Source of the DNA: Auanema rhodensis
Taxonomy: Eukaryota; Animalia; Nematoda
DNA: 64,000 bases
Reading direction: 5' to 3'
Assembly: GCA_964057225.1 (NCBI GenBank)
Contig: OZ059900.1
Location: 20,274,001-20,338,000 of the forward strand
In this document: positions 51,957 to 64,000 of the stretch, piece by piece
Layout: every line of letters starts with the position of its first letter
Numbering within the stretch: position 1 is the stretch's first letter
Notes under the pieces: generated by a model
The model's input: only the letters and a program-made list of their open reading frames with translations
Databases searched by the model: none
What the model was told of the DNA's origin: nothing
Position numbers and translations under genes: made by a program

Positions 51957-54900
51957 GTACAACGTCTAGTTCCACTTTCACGACAAAAAAACAGGGGTTA
52001 GAAAATTAAGGAAATTAGCATATTCTGAGGGCACGCCCCTTATGGCTAATATTGATTAAATCGATTTTTGTTCATATGAGTCGTCAAATGCAACGAATTT
52101 CAGCGTGTTACATACTAAAATGAAGCATTTTACATGCTGAACACTAGAAAAATACAAAAACACAGTATTTCCCATGAGAAATATTTTATTATGCTGGAAA
52201 ACCAGTTTTTGGAAATTTCGCTGTAAACAAGGTTTTGACTTACGATTTCATGTGTTCAAACTCATGCAATGTCAATGAAACCTAGCTCAAAATTGTTCGT
52301 ACAACGTCTAGTTCCACTTTCACGACAAAAAAACAGGGGTTAGAAAATTAAGGAAATTAGCATATTCTGAGGGCACGCCCCTTATGGCTAATATTGATTA
52401 AATCGATTTTTGTTCATATGAGTCGTCAAATGCAACGAATTTCAGCGTGTTACAAACTAAAATGAAGCATTTTACATGCTGAACACTAGAAAAATACAAA
52501 AACACAGTATTTCCCATGAGAAATATTTTATTATGCTGGAAAACCAGTTTTTGGAAATTTCGCTGTAAACAAGGTTTTGACTTACGATTTCATGTGTTCA
52601 AACTCATGCAATGTCAATGAAACCTAGCTCAAAATTGTTCGTACAACGTCTAGTTCCACTTTCACGACAAAAAAACAAGGGTTAGAAAATTAGGGAAATT
52701 AGCATATTCTGAGGGCACGCCCCTTATGGCTAATATTGATTAAATCGATTTTTGTTCATATGAGTCGTCAAATGCAACGAATTTCAGCGTGTTACATATT
52801 AAAATGAAGCATTTTACATGCTGAACACTAGAAAAATACAAAAACACAGTATTTCCCATGAGAAATATTTTATTATGCTGGAAAACCAGTTTTTGGAAAT
52901 TTCGCTGTAAACAAGGTTTTGACTTACGATTTCATGTGTTCAAACTCATGCAATGTCAATGAAACCTAGCTCAAAATTGTTCGTACAACGTCTAGTTCCA
53001 CTTTCACGACAAAAAAACAGGGGTTAGAAAATTAAGGAAATTAGCATATTCTGAGGGCACGCCCCTTATGGCTAATATTGATTAAATCGATTTTTGTTCA
53101 TATGAGTCGTCAAATGCAACGAATTTCAGCGTGTTACATACTAAAATGAAGCATTTTACATGCTGAACACTAGAAAAATACAAAAACACAGTATTTCCCA
53201 TGAGAAATATTTTATTATGCTGGAAAACCAGTTTTTGGAAATTTCGCTGTAAACAAGGTTTTGACTTACGATTTCATGTGTTCAAACTCATGCAATGTCA
53301 ATGAAACCTAGCTCAAAATTGTTCGTACAACGTCTAGTTCCACTTTCACGACAAAAAAACAGGGGTTAGAAAATTAAGGAAATTAGCATATTCTGAGGGC
53401 ACGCCCCTTATGGCTAATATTGATTAAATCGATTTTTGTTCATATGAGTCGTCAAATGCAACGAATTTCAGCGTGTTACATACTAAAATGAAGCATTTTA
53501 CATGCTGAACACTAGAAAAATACAAAAACACAGTATTTCCCATGAGAAATATTTTATTATGCTGGAAAACCAGTTTTTGGAAATTTCGCTGTAAACAAGG
53601 TTTTGACTTACGATTTCATGTGTTCAAACTCATGCAATGTCAATGAAACCTAGCTCAAAATTGTTCGTACAACGTCTAGTTCCACTTTCACGACAAAAAA
53701 ACAAGGGTTAGAAAATTAGGGAAATTAGCATATTCTGAGGGCACGCCCCTTATGGCTAATATTGATTAAATCGATTTTTGTTCATATGAGTCGTCAAATG
53801 CAACGAATTTCAGCGTGTTACATACTAAAATGAAGCAATTTACATGCTGAACACTAAAAAAATACAAAAACACAGTATTTCTCATGAGAAATATTTTATT
53901 ATGCTGGAAAACCAGTTTTTGGAAATTTCGCTGTAAACAAGGTTTTGACTTACGATTTCATGTGTTCAAACTCATGCAATGTCAATGAAACCTAGCTCAA
54001 AATTGTTCGTACAACGTCTAGTTCCACTTTCACGACAAAAAAACAGGGGGTAGAAAATTAGGGAAATTAGCATATTCTGAGGGCACGCCCCTTATGGCTA
54101 GTATTGATTAAATCGATTTTTGTTCATATGAGTCGTCAAATGCAACGAATTTCAGCGTGTTACATACTAAAATGAAGCATTTTACATGCTGAACACTAGA
54201 AAAATACAAAAACACAGTATTTCCCATGAGAAATATTTTATTATGCTGGAAAACCAGTTTTTGGAAATTTCGCTGTAAACAAGGTTTTGACTTACGATTT
54301 CATGTGTTCAAACTCATGCAATGTCAATGAAACCTAGCTCAAAATTGTTCGTACAACGTCTAGTTCCACTTTCACGACAAAAAAACAGGGGTTAGAAAAT
54401 TAAGGAAATTAGCATATTCTGAGGGCACGCCCCTTATGGCTAATATTGATTAAATCGATTTTTGTTCATATGAGTCGTCAAATGCAACGAATTTCAGCGT
54501 GTTACATACTAAAATGAAGCATTTTACATGCTGAACACTAGAAAAATACAAAAACACAGTATTTCCCATGAGAAATATTTTATTATGCTGGAAAACCAGT
54601 TTTTGGAAATTTCGCTGTAAACAAGGTTTTGACTTAGGATTTCATGTGTTCAAACTCATGCAATGTCAATGAAACCTAGCTCAAAATTGTTTGTACAACG
54701 TCTAGTTCCACTTTCACGACAAAAAAACAGGGGTTAGAAAATTAAGGAAATTAGCATATTCTGAGGGCACGCCCCTTATGGCTAATATTGATTAAATCGA
54801 TTTTTGTTCATATGAGTCGTCAAATGCAACGAATTTCAGCGTGTTACATACTAAAATGAAGCATTTTACATGCTGAACACTAGAAAAATACAAAAACACA

Positions 54901-56400
54901 GTATTTCCCATGAGAAATATTTTATTATGCTGGAAAACCAGTTTTTGGAAATTTCGCTGTAAACAAGGTTTTGACTTACGATTTCATGTGTTCAAACTCA
55001 TGCAATGTCAATGAAACCTAGCTCAAAATTGTTCGTACAACGTCTAGTTCCACTTTCACGACAAAAAACAGGGGTTAGAAAATTAAGGAAATTAGCATAT
55101 TCTGAGGGCACGCCCCTTATGGCTAATATTGATTAAATCGATTTTTGTTCATATGAGTCGTCAAATGCAACGAATTTCAACGTGTTACATACTAAAATGA
55201 AGCATTTTACATGCTGAACACTAGAAAAATACAAAAACACAGTATTTCCCATGAGAAATATTTTATTATGCTGGAAAACCAGTTTTTGGAAATTTCGCTG
55301 TAAACAAGGTTTTGACTTACGATTTCATGTGTTCAAACTCATGCAATGTCAATGAAACCTAGCTCAAAATTGTTCGTACAACGTCTAGTTCCACTTTCAC
55401 GACAAAAAAACAGGGGTTAGAAAATTAGGGAAATTAGCATATTCTGAGGGCACGCCCCTTATGGCTAATATTGATTAAATCGATTTTTGTTCATATGAGT
55501 CGTCAACTGCAACGAATTTCAGCGTGTTACATACTAAAATGAAGCATTTTACATGCTGAACACTAAAAAAATACAAAAACACAGTATTTCCCATGAGAAA
55601 TATTTTATTATGCTGGAAAACCAGTTTTTGGAAATTTCGCTGTAAACAAGGTTTTGACTTACGATTTCATGTGTTCAAACTCATGCAATGTCAATGAAAC
55701 CTAGCTCAAAATTGTTCGTACAACGTCTAGTTCCACTTTCACGACAAAAAACAGGGGTTAGAAAATTAAGGAAATTAGCATATTCTGAGGGCACGCCCCT
55801 TATGGCTAATATTGATTAAATCGATTTTTGTTCATATGAGTCGTCAAATGCAACGAATTTCAACGTGTTACATACTAAAATGAAGCATTTTACATGCTGA
55901 ACACTAGAAAAATACAAAAACACAGTATTTCCCATGAGAAATATTTTATTATGCTGGAAAACCAGTTTTTGGAAATTTCGCTGTAAACAAGGTTTTGACT
56001 TACGATTTCATGTGTTCAAACTCATGCAATGTCAATGAAACCTAGCTCAAAATTGTTCGTACAACGTCTAGTCCCACTTTCACGACAAAAAAACAAGGGT
56101 TAGAAAATTAGGGAAATTAGCATATTCTGAGGGCACGCCCCTTATGGCTAATATTGATTAAATCGATTTTTGTTCATATGAGTCGTCAAATGCAACGAAT
56201 TTCAGCGTGTTACATACTAAAATGAAGCATTTTACATGCTGAACACTAGAAAAATACAAAAACACAGTATTTCCCATGAGAAATATTTTATTATGCTGGA
56301 AAACCAGTTTTTGGAAATTTCGCTGTAAACAAGGTTTTGACTTACGATTTCATGTGTTCAAACTCATGCAATGTCAATGAAACCTAGCTCAAAATTGTTC

Positions 56401-59136
56401 GTACAACGTCTAGTTCCACTTTCACGACAAAAAAATAGGGGTTAGAAAATTAGGGAAATTAGCATATTCTGAGCGCACGCCCCTTATGGCTAATATTGAT
56501 TAAATCGATTTTTGTTCATATGAGTCGTCAAATGCAACGAATTTCAGCGTGTTACATACTAAAATGAAGCATTTTACATGCTGAACACTAGAAAAATACA
56601 AAAACACAGTATTTCCCATGAGAAATATTTTATTATGCTGGAAAACCAGTTTTTGGAAATTTCGCTGTAAACAAGGTTTTGACTTACGATTTCATGTGTT
56701 CAAACTCATGCAATGTCAATGAAACCTAGCTCAAAATTGTTCGTACAACGTCTAGTTCCACTTTCACGACAAAAAAACAGGGGTTAGAAAATTAAGGAAA
56801 TTAGCATATTCTGAGGGCACGCCCCTTATGGCTAATATTGATTAAATCGATTTTTGTTCATATGAGTCGTCAAATGCAACGAATATCAGCGTGTTACATA
56901 CTAAAATGAAGCATTTTACATGCTGAACACTAGAAAAATACAAAAACACAGTATTTCCCATGAGAAATATTTTATTATGCTGGAAAACCAGTTTTTGGAA
57001 ATTTCGCTGTAAACAAGGTTTTGACTTACGATTTCATGTGTTCAAACTCATGCAATGTCAATGAAACCTAGCTCAAAATTGTTCGTACAACGTCTAGTTC
57101 CACTTTCACGACAAAAAAACAGGGGTTAGAAAATTAAGGAAATTAGCATATTCTGAGGGCACGCCCCTTATGGCTAATATTGATTAAATCGATTTTTGTT
57201 CATATGAGTCGTCAAATGCAACGAATTTCAGCGTGTTACATATTAAAATGAAGCATTTTACATGCTGAACACTAGAAAAATACAAAAACACAGTATTTCC
57301 CATGAGAAATATTTTATTATGCTGGAAAACCAGTTTTTGGAAATTTCGCTGTAAACAAGGTTTTGACTTACGATTTCATGTGTTCAAACTCATGCAATGT
57401 CAATGAAACCTAGCTCAAAATTGTTCGTACAACGTCTAGTTCCACTTTCACGACAAAAAAACAGGGGTTAGAAAATTAGGGAAATTAGCATATTCTGAGG
57501 GCACGCCCCTTATGGCTAATATTGATTAAATCGATTTTTGTTCATATGAGTCGTCAAATGCAACGAATTTCAGCGTGTTACATACTAAAATGAAGCATTT
57601 TACATGCTGAACACTAGAAAAATACAAAAACACAGTATTTCCCATGAGAAATATTTTATTATGCTGGAAAACCAGTTTTTGGAAATTTCGCTGTAAACAA
57701 GGTTTTGACTTACGATTTCATGTGTTCAAACTCATGCAATGTCAATGAAACCTAGCTCAAAATTGTTCGTACAACGTCTAGTTCCACTTTCACGACAAAA
57801 AAATAGGGGTTAGAAAATTAGGGAAATTAGCATATTCTGAGCGCACGCCCCTTATGGCTAATATTGATTAAATCGATTTTTGTTCATATGAGTCGTCAAA
57901 TGCAACGAATTTCAGCGTGTTACATACTAAAATGAAGCATTTTACATGCTGAACACTAGAAAAATACAAAAACACAGTATTTCCCATGAGAAATATTTTA
58001 TTATGCTGGAAAACCAGTTTTTGGAAATTTCGCTGTAAACAAGGTTTTGACTTACGATTTCATGTGTTCAAACTCATGCAATGTCAATGAAACCTAGCTC
58101 AAAATTGTTCGTACAACGTCTAGTTCCACTTTCACGACAAAAAAACAGGGGTTAGAAAATTAAGGAAATTAGCATATTCTGAGGGCACGCCCCTTATGGC
58201 TAATATTGATTAAATCGATTTTTGTTCATATGAGTCGTCAAATGCAACGAATATCAGCGTGTTACATACTAAAATGAAGCATTTTACATGCTGAACACTA
58301 GAAAAATACAAAAACACAGTATTTCCCATGAGAAATATTTTATTATGCTGGAAAACCAGTTTTTGGAAATTTCGCTGTAAACAAGGTTTTGACTTACGAT
58401 TTCATGTGTTCAAACTCATGCAATGTCAATGAAACCTAGCTCAAAATTGTTCGTACAACGTCTAGTTCCACTTTCACGACAAAAAAACAGGGGTTAGAAA
58501 ATTAAGGAAATTAGCATATTCTGAGGGCACGCCCCTTATGGCTAATATTGATTAAATCGATTTTTGTTCATATGAGTCGTCAAATGCAACGAATTTCAGC
58601 GTGTTACATATTAAAATGAAGCATTTTACATGCTGAACACTAGAAAAATACAAAAACACAGTATTTCCCATGAGAAATATTTTATTATGCTGGAAAACCA
58701 GTTTTTGGAAATTTCGCTGTAAACAAGGTTTTGACTTACGATTTCATGTGTTCAAACTCATGCAATGTCAATGAAACCTAGCTCAAAATTGTTCGTACAA
58801 CGTCTAGTTCCACTTTCACGACAAAAAAACAGGGGTTAGAAAATTAGGGAAATTAGCATATTCTGAGGGCACGCCCCTTATGGCTAATATTGATTAAATC
58901 GATTTTTGTTCATATGAGTCGTCAAATGCAACGAATTTCAGCGTGTTACATACTAAAATGAAGCATTTTACATGCTGAACACTAGAAAAATACAAAAACA
59001 CAGTATTTCCCATGAGAAATATTTTATTATGCTGGAAAACCAGTTTTTGGAAATTTCGCTGTAAACAAGGTTTTGACTTACGATTTCATGTGTTCAAACT
59101 CATGCAATGTCAATGAAACCTAGCTCAAAATTGTTC
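56401..59136 (+). repeat. 4-monomer tandem duplication (2 x 1368 bp) nested in the second 21-mer copy
   Basis: Same ordered variants as 49221-51956, shifted by 7180 bp. Confidence 0.9.
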
Positions 59137-62100
59137 GTACAACGTCTAGTTCCACTTTCACGACAAAAAAACAGGGGTTAGAAAATTAAGGAAATTAGCA
59201 TATTCTGAGGGCACGCCCCTTATGGCTAATATTGATTAAATCGATTTTTGTTCATATGAGTCGTCAAATGCAACGAATTTCAGCGTGTTACATACTAAAA
59301 TGAAGCATTTTACATGCTGAACACTAGAAAAATACAAAAACACAGTATTTCCCATGAGAAATATTTTATTATGCTGGAAAACCAGTTTTTGGAAATTTCG
59401 CTGTAAACAAGGTTTTGACTTACGATTTCATGTGTTCAAACTCATGCAATGTCAATGAAACCTAGCTCAAAATTGTTCGTACAACGTCTAGTTCCACTTT
59501 CACGACAAAAAAACAGGGGTTAGAAAATTAAGGAAATTAGCATATTCTGAGGGCACGCCCCTTATGGCTAATATTGATTAAATCGATTTTTGTTCATATG
59601 AGTCGTCAAATGCAACGAATTTCAGCGTGTTACAAACTAAAATGAAGCATTTTACATGCTGAACACTAGAAAAATACAAAAACACAGTATTTCCCATGAG
59701 AAATATTTTATTATGCTGGAAAACCAGTTTTTGGAAATTTCGCTGTAAACAAGGTTTTGACTTACGATTTCATGTGTTCAAACTCATGCAATGTCAATGA
59801 AACCTAGCTCAAAATTGTTCGTACAACGTCTAGTTCCACTTTCACGACAAAAAAACAAGGGTTAGAAAATTAGGGAAATTAGCATATTCTGAGGGCACGC
59901 CCCTTATGGCTAATATTGATTAAATCGATTTTTGTTCATATGAGTCGTCAAATGCAACGAATTTCAGCGTGTTACATATTAAAATGAAGCATTTTACATG
60001 CTGAACACTAGAAAAATACAAAAACACAGTATTTCCCATGAGAAATATTTTATTATGCTGGAAAACCAGTTTTTGGAAATTTCGCTGTAAACAAGGTTTT
60101 GACTTACGATTTCATGTGTTCAAACTCATGCAATGTCAATGAAACCTAGCTCAAAATTGTTCGTACAACGTCTAGTTCCACTTTCACGACAAAAAAACAG
60201 GGGTTAGAAAATTAAGGAAATTAGCATATTCTGAGGGCACGCCCCTTATGGCTAATATTGATTAAATCGATTTTTGTTCATATGAGTCGTCAAATGCAAC
60301 GAATTTCAGCGTGTTACATACTAAAATGAAGCATTTTACATGCTGAACACTAGAAAAATACAAAAACACAGTATTTCCCATGAGAAATATTTTATTATGC
60401 TGGAAAACCAGTTTTTGGAAATTTCGCTGTAAACAAGGTTTTGACTTACGATTTCATGTGTTCAAACTCATGCAATGTCAATGAAACCTAGCTCAAAATT
60501 GTTCGTACAACGTCTAGTTCCACTTTCACGACAAAAAAACAGGGGTTAGAAAATTAAGGAAATTAGCATATTCTGAGGGCACGCCCCTTATGGCTAATAT
60601 TGATTAAATCGATTTTTGTTCATATGAGTCGTCAAATGCAACGAATTTCAGCGTGTTACATACTAAAATGAAGCATTTTACATGCTGAACACTAGAAAAA
60701 TACAAAAACACAGTATTTCCCATGAGAAATATTTTATTATGCTGGAAAACCAGTTTTTGGAAATTTCGCTGTAAACAAGGTTTTGACTTACGATTTCATG
60801 TGTTCAAACTCATGCAATGTCAATGAAACCTAGCTCAAAATTGTTCGTACAACGTCTAGTTCCACTTTCACGACAAAAAAACAAGGGTTAGAAAATTAGG
60901 GAAATTAGCATATTCTGAGGGCACGCCCCTTATGGCTAATATTGATTAAATCGATTTTTGTTCATATGAGTCGTCAAATGCAACGAATTTCAGCGTGTTA
61001 CATACTAAAATGAAGCAATTTACATGCTGAACACTAAAAAAATACAAAAACACAGTATTTCTCATGAGAAATATTTTATTATGCTGGAAAACCAGTTTTT
61101 GGAAATTTCGCTGTAAACAAGGTTTTGACTTACGATTTCATGTGTTCAAACTCATGCAATGTCAATGAAACCTAGCTCAAAATTGTTCGTACAACGTCTA
61201 GTTCCACTTTCACGACAAAAAAACAGGGGGTAGAAAATTAGGGAAATTAGCATATTCTGAGGGCACGCCCCTTATGGCTAGTATTGATTAAATCGATTTT
61301 TGTTCATATGAGTCGTCAAATGCAACGAATTTCAGCGTGTTACATACTAAAATGAAGCATTTTACATGCTGAACACTAGAAAAATACAAAAACACAGTAT
61401 TTCCCATGAGAAATATTTTATTATGCTGGAAAACCAGTTTTTGGAAATTTCGCTGTAAACAAGGTTTTGACTTACGATTTCATGTGTTCAAACTCATGCA
61501 ATGTCAATGAAACCTAGCTCAAAATTGTTCGTACAACGTCTAGTTCCACTTTCACGACAAAAAAACAGGGGTTAGAAAATTAAGGAAATTAGCATATTCT
61601 GAGGGCACGCCCCTTATGGCTAATATTGATTAAATCGATTTTTGTTCATATGAGTCGTCAAATGCAACGAATTTCAGCGTGTTACATACTAAAATGAAGC
61701 ATTTTACATGCTGAACACTAGAAAAATACAAAAACACAGTATTTCCCATGAGAAATATTTTATTATGCTGGAAAACCAGTTTTTGGAAATTTCGCTGTAA
61801 ACAAGGTTTTGACTTAGGATTTCATGTGTTCAAACTCATGCAATGTCAATGAAACCTAGCTCAAAATTGTTCGTACAACGTCTAGTTCCACTTTCACGAC
61901 AAAAAAACAGGGGTTAGAAAATTAAGGAAATTAGCATATTCTGAGGGCACGCCCCTTATGGCTAATATTGATTAAATCGATTTTTGTTCATATGAGTCGT
62001 CAAATGCAACGAATTTCAGCGTGTTACATACTAAAATGAAGCATTTTACATGCTGAACACTAGAAAAATACAAAAACACAGTATTTCCCATGAGAAATAT

Positions 62101-64000
62101 TTTATTATGCTGGAAAACCAGTTTTTGGAAATTTCGCTGTAAACAAGGTTTTGACTTACGATTTCATGTGTTCAAACTCATGCAATGTCAATGAAACCTA
62201 GCTCAAAATTGTTCGTACAACGTCTAGTTCCACTTTCACGACAAAAAAACAAGGGTTAGAAAATTAGGGAAATTAGCATATTCTGAGGGCACGCCCCTTA
62301 TGGCTAATATTGATTAAATCGATTTTTGTTCATATGAGTCGTCAAATGCAACGAATTTCAGCGTGTTACATACTAAAATGAAGCATTTTACATGCTGAAC
62401 ACTAAAAAAATACAAAAACACAGTATTTCCCATGAGAAATATTTTATTATGCTGGAAAACCAGTTTTTGGAAATTTCGCTGTAAACAAGGTTTTGACTTA
62501 CGATTTCATGTGTTCAAACTCATGCAATGTCAATGAAACCTAGCTCAAAATTGTTCGTACAACGTCTAGTTCCACTTTCACGACAAAAAACAGGGGTTAG
62601 AAAATTAAGGAAATTAGCATATTCTGAGGGCACGCCCCTTATGGCTAATATTGATTAAATCGATTTTTGTTCATATGAGTCGTCAAATGCAACGAATTTC
62701 AACGTGTTACATACTAAAATGAAGCATTTTACATGCTGAACACTAGAAAAATACAAAAACACAGTATTTCCCATGAGAAATATTTTATTATGCTGGAAAA
62801 CCAGTTTTTGGAAATTTCGCTGTAAACAAGGTTTTGACTTACGATTTCATGTGTTCAAACTCATGCAATGTCAATGAAACCTAGCTCAAAATTGTTCGTA
62901 CAACGTCTAGTTCCACTTTCACGACAAAAAAACAGGGGTTAGAAAATTAGGGAAATTAGCATATTCTGAGGGCACGCCCCTTATGGCTAGTATTGATTAA
63001 ATCGATTTTTGTTCATATGAGTCGTCAAATGCAACGAATTTCAGCGTGTTACATACTAAAATGAAACATTTTATATGCTGAACACTAGAAAAATACAAAA
63101 ACACAGTATTTCCCATGAGAAATATTTTATTATGCTGGAAAACCAGTTTTTGGAAATTTCGCTGTAAACAAGGTTTTGACTTACGATTTCATGTGTTCAA
63201 ACTCATGCAATGTCAATGAAACCTAGCTCAAAATTGTTTGTACAACGTCTAGTTCCACTTTCACGACAAAAAAAACAGGGGTTAGAAAATTAGGGAAATT
63301 AGCATATTCTGAGGGCACGCCCCTTATGGCTAATATTGATTAAATCGATTTTTGTTCATATGAGTCGTCAAATGCAACGAATTTCAGCGTGTTACATACT
63401 AAAATGAAGCATTTTACATGCTGAACACTAGAAAAATACAAAAACACAGTATTTCCCATGAGAAATATTTTATTATGCTGGAAAACCAGTTTTTGGAAAT
63501 TTCGCTGTAAACAAGGTTTTGACTTACGATTTCATGTGTTCAAACTCATGCAATGTCAATGAAACCTAGCTCAAAATTGTTCGTACAACGTCTAGTTCCA
63601 CTTTCACGACAAAAAAACAAGGGTTAGAAAATTAGGGAAATTAGCATATTCTGAGGGCACGCCCCTTATGGCTAATATAGATTAAATCGATTTTTGTTCA
63701 TATGAGTCGTCAAATGCAACGAATTTCAGCGTGTTACATACTAAAATGAAGCAATTTACATGCTGAACACTAAAAAAATACAAAAACACAGTATTTCTCA
63801 TGAGAAATATTTTATTATGCTGGAAAACCAGTTTTTGGAAATTTCGCTGTAAACAAGGTTTTGACTTACGATTTCATGTGTTCAAACTCATGCAATGTCA
63901 ATGAAACCTAGCTCAAAATTGTTCGTACAACGTCTAGTTCCACTTTCACGACAAAAAAACAGGGGTTAGAAAATTAAGGAAATTAGCATATTCTGAGGGC

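Larger units (their letters stand above)
47855..62214 (+). repeat. 21-monomer higher-order tandem duplication (2 x 7180 bp)
   Basis: Monomers 141-161 and 162-182 share rare variants in register (CAACTGC, GTCCCAC, AAATAGG, GAATATC, ACAAACTAA, TTAGGAT, TTCTCAT). The only difference I saw is T54692 vs C61872. Confidence 0.92.
1..64000. repeat. Tandem satellite DNA array, 342-bp monomer, 187 full copies plus a partial copy; runs off both window ends
   Basis: GTACAAC(G/A)TCTAGTTCC recurs at 1, 343, 685, ... with exact 342-bp periodicity up to 25650 (75 x 342). After that, monomers are 330-344 bp because of small indels. The last monomer starts at 63925. All copies have the same orientation. Confidence 0.99.

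Noticed and set aside
1-64000. CRISPR-like or repeat-spacer array
   Set aside because: There are no unique spacers. The entire 342 bp is repeated and no cas or other genes are present.
1-64000. Monomer variant order as an encoded message or a single global HOR
   Set aside because: The order is explained by local nested duplications of differing sizes; no single period spans the window.

Overview
The whole 64-kb window is one uninterrupted head-to-tail tandem satellite array: 187 complete copies plus 76 bp of a 342-bp monomer (about 34% GC; monomer phase set arbitrarily at GTACAAC, position 1; 'pN' below means position N within the monomer). Copies are about 98-100% identical, and I saw no inversion, transposon insertion, gene or unique spacer. 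This fits eukaryotic (peri)centromeric or heterochromatic satellite DNA; I cannot name the organism or family. The information lies in the variants. Typing each monomer by eye shows nested, recent higher-order duplications (13-mer, 6-mer and 2-mer; a 9-mer built of 3-mers; a 3-mer carrying a 12-bp deletion; a second 9-mer; a 21-mer containing a 4-mer). It also shows sharply bounded variant domains, dispersed multi-monomer modules and chimeric monomers. Within the monomer I see traces of an old ~171-bp dimer, two dyad symmetries and a 58-bp substitution-free block containing a CENP-B-box-like 17-mer. The two predicted ORFs are by-products of indels. I found no evidence for a novel protein-coding or CRISPR-like system. 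All variant calls were made manually and should be confirmed by alignment.
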